The notes beneath the pieces were generated by a model, which did no database searches, was not told where the DNA came from, and saw nothing but the letters and a program-made list of their open reading frames with translations. The translations under genes were made by a program, and so were the position numbers. From Takakia lepidozioides (lineage: Eukaryota; Plantae; Bryophyta): a stretch of 64,000 bases of DNA. The stretch spans positions 26,660,001-26,724,000 of the forward strand of contig CM060734.1 in the NCBI GenBank assembly GCA_030704615.1, given 5' to 3'. Positions 61,560 through 64,000 of the stretch are shown piece after piece (the stretch's first letter is position 1; each line of letters starts with the position of its first letter).

Positions 61560-62200
61560 AGATGTTTTGTCGCGTGTTGGAGGGACCGTGCCATCCTATT
61601 GCTTGGGAAAACCGGGTATACCTAACGTGTGGCCTATGAAGGTTGGAACCAACCTTACACAAGAAGAGATGGACAACTTGACCCTTGCAGGTTTTCGACT
61701 AGTCCATCCTTCCAACGTTCCTGATCCGAACTTTCTTGTGGGACCACTTCCAGTGGAACAACATATTCATCAAGGTGTTGTCCTTCCTGTGGGTAAGTAT
61801 CCCACTACACGCTATGGGGTGCGCATTTGGCGTCGGGATCCGACTCCTCGACACTTGAGTTGCCAAGAGTCAGCGGAGACTCTTATTGCTGAGGTTCGTG
61901 GATTCAGAAATGTGCCTCAGCCAGGTTATGGGAGAATTTACCAGCTACAAACAGAGGGATCTACCAGAGCAGGATTGGTTTACAATGTATACATTGGTCA
62001 GTTTCCATCTTGTGATTGTCCCGACTTTGATGAGCTATCTGTCAAGAAGAAAAACAAACATATCTACCTTGTAAGCACATGTACTTCATGTACAACGTGC
62101 ATCTAGGATGCGCCGGGGCTTATGAGATCCACCAACCTTCCCTTAGCCAGTTAGATGTTAGGGCTATGCTAAAGAAGGACCCTAGTTCAACTTCTTAGTG
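61560..62200 (+). pseudogene. SWIM zinc-finger fragment, likely from a DNA transposon, interrupting the non-LTR element
   Basis: YNVYIGQFPSCDCPDF, then by frameshift YLPCKHMYF (CxC...CxH); acceptor-like TTTTGCCCCACAG ending at 61561. Confidence 0.65.
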
Positions 62201-62809
62201 ACACATGAAATGCACAAAAAAAGAACCTCTAACTTGTGCCGTTCATTTTCATGCATGTGACATGTAATTATCTTGTTACTACTTTATTCCAAACATGACA
62301 CATAGCATTTGTTAGTACATAAGTTCCTATTTTGGTTAAAATGGAACTTGTGTACCTGTCATACAAGTTTTCAAATTATAGAACTGCTTGGCATTACAAA
62401 CAGACATGCAATGTGGTGGTTCCAAACATGACACATATGCATTTGTTAGTACAAAAGTCCATATTTTGGTTAATATGAAACTGTTTTCCTTGAATACAAG
62501 TTTGCAAACTATTACTTTGGCCAGGGATCTTGTATTCTCTTCAGTTTAAGGTGGTGCATTAGTTGGAGTTAGTGGTCACATGCATCTTTGACCATTGACT
62601 ACTGATTTTGTTAGCTAAGATTTTATTTATTTATTTATCTATATACATATGATGTATCATTTGCATATGCAATAAATACGTCGTATTCTATGTTATATAA
62701 CTCCATTGCATACAATCTACAATGTGTGCATACAAATTTGTCACATGCATATATAATAAGGGATTTTGTGCATGCATGCACGCAACCTGTGCATATGGAA
62801 TAGCAACCC

Positions 62810-64000
62810 CCTAAGGTAGGTAGAGGGATCGGCTGGGATTATATTATTAGGTGCTCTCCGTAGATGGGTGTTCGTAGCAGGGTTATGATTTCATGGTGGC
62901 CTGGATGAATGTTGGCCGCCGGTGATTTGGACGCAAAAGTCCATGCGTGATAGAGATGACGGGGTTGGGGGCCGCGGGTATGATTGTACTGGGGTAGGAT
63001 TTTATTTGGGGTAACTACGTGGCGCGCGGAGAGGGGTACCATGCGGGATTTACTCATTGAGTATTTCAGAGTGGGCGATGGGCGGGAATACGTTGGAAGA
63101 GAGACGGGGTGTATTGAGCTTGGGTGTGCAATTGCAGAAGTTGATCGATTGCGCAAAGTGAGGCTTGCGGCCATCGTAGTGGGAGGGGCATGTCATATCT
63201 TGGTGTAGGTGAGATTGAGGACTGCCTGCCCAGGTACTTTGGAAGTCCCAAAAAGACTGAGTTAAAATAGAAGCTGATAGTTGAAATTGAATAGTGAAAG
63301 AAGAGAGTACAAAATCGCAGTGTAATACAGCGAGGGAGAGAAAGATAGTGAGTAGAATGGAGACCACCCAAGCCACGATGTGGTGGCATGCCCTTTGGAT
63401 TGTGACCTTGGTGCGTGCTGTCTCTGCAGGTTTACGCATTGGTCGTGTTGGCATTCATGAGGTGAGCTTCCGTGGCTTGGACGCTGCTGTTGGATAGTTG
63501 CCTGGACCCCTAGGGAGCCCGAAGCGTGGAAGCGGGTGGGGGGACGGTAACTCAAGTAGGGCCAATGGCGGGCGTGCTCTCGTGTGTGCATTTTTGGCAG
63601 CATTGGCAGCAGCTTGACCTGTGACTTGATTGAGCCTGCATGGGGGAGTGGGTAGTTTCTCAAGCACCTTGTTTGCGAAGAAGAGTGCTAAGTTAGCACC
63701 GAGATTCTTGGTAATAGAGTCTTGGAGTGACAAGAGGTAGGTGTGGTGTTCTTCCTGCTGGGCGGCCATGCTAACGGAAACCCTGGTTTCCATAGCCACT
63801 AGATCCTCTTTGATATCCGTTTTGATGGAGATGGCATGAGCGGCCAGGCATTTGTCAATTTCTGCCATTAGTGTATCGTGTCCCTGCTTTTGATTTGAGT
63901 TGAAGCTGATAGATTGTACAATATCGGCAAGTGCTTGATTGATGTTTGCAACTCTCAGTCGCTCGCAAATTTCCGCAGCTGGTGGTATGTGGTTTGAACT
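62810..64000 (-). mobile_element. Probable 5' part of the same non-LTR element (coiled-coil ORF1-like remnant and start of ORF2)
   Basis: Same strand and similar G-rich plus-strand skew as 57753-61500; ORF 63455-63868 looks coiled-coil. No diagnostic motif. Confidence 0.35.

Overview
Eukaryotic, plant-like genomic DNA (spliceosomal introns, a DUF1685 gene, TTTAGGG repeats) made mostly of nested, decayed transposons around one host gene (two-exon DUF1685, 10752-13153). The main signal is four different methyltransferase domains carried by or embedded in three unrelated kinds of mobile DNA. (1) Two copies of a Ty3/Gypsy family have a DNMT3-like C5 cytosine methyltransferase between gag and RT, and a PHD finger ends the integrase (seen in copy 2). 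(2) A CACTA-like region has a frameshifted SET domain upstream of the transposase and an intron-containing beta-class N4C/N6A DNA methyltransferase downstream. (3) A Dualen/RandI-like non-LTR element (RNase H plus restriction-like endonuclease) carries a 2A-like peptide, a chromodomain and a PCIF1-like methyltransferase fold. A split GATCG target-site duplication and paired LTRs point to a ~17.5 kb inversion (about 6948-24419) that contains the host gene. Also present: Galadriel-like chromoviruses, a non-chromovirus Gypsy with extra ORFs, L1 and Penelope-like fragments, a SWIM fragment, a palindrome array and a divergent pair of unknown paralogous ORFs. All domain calls come from reading motifs by eye and need profile searches; nearly all TE ORFs are broken.
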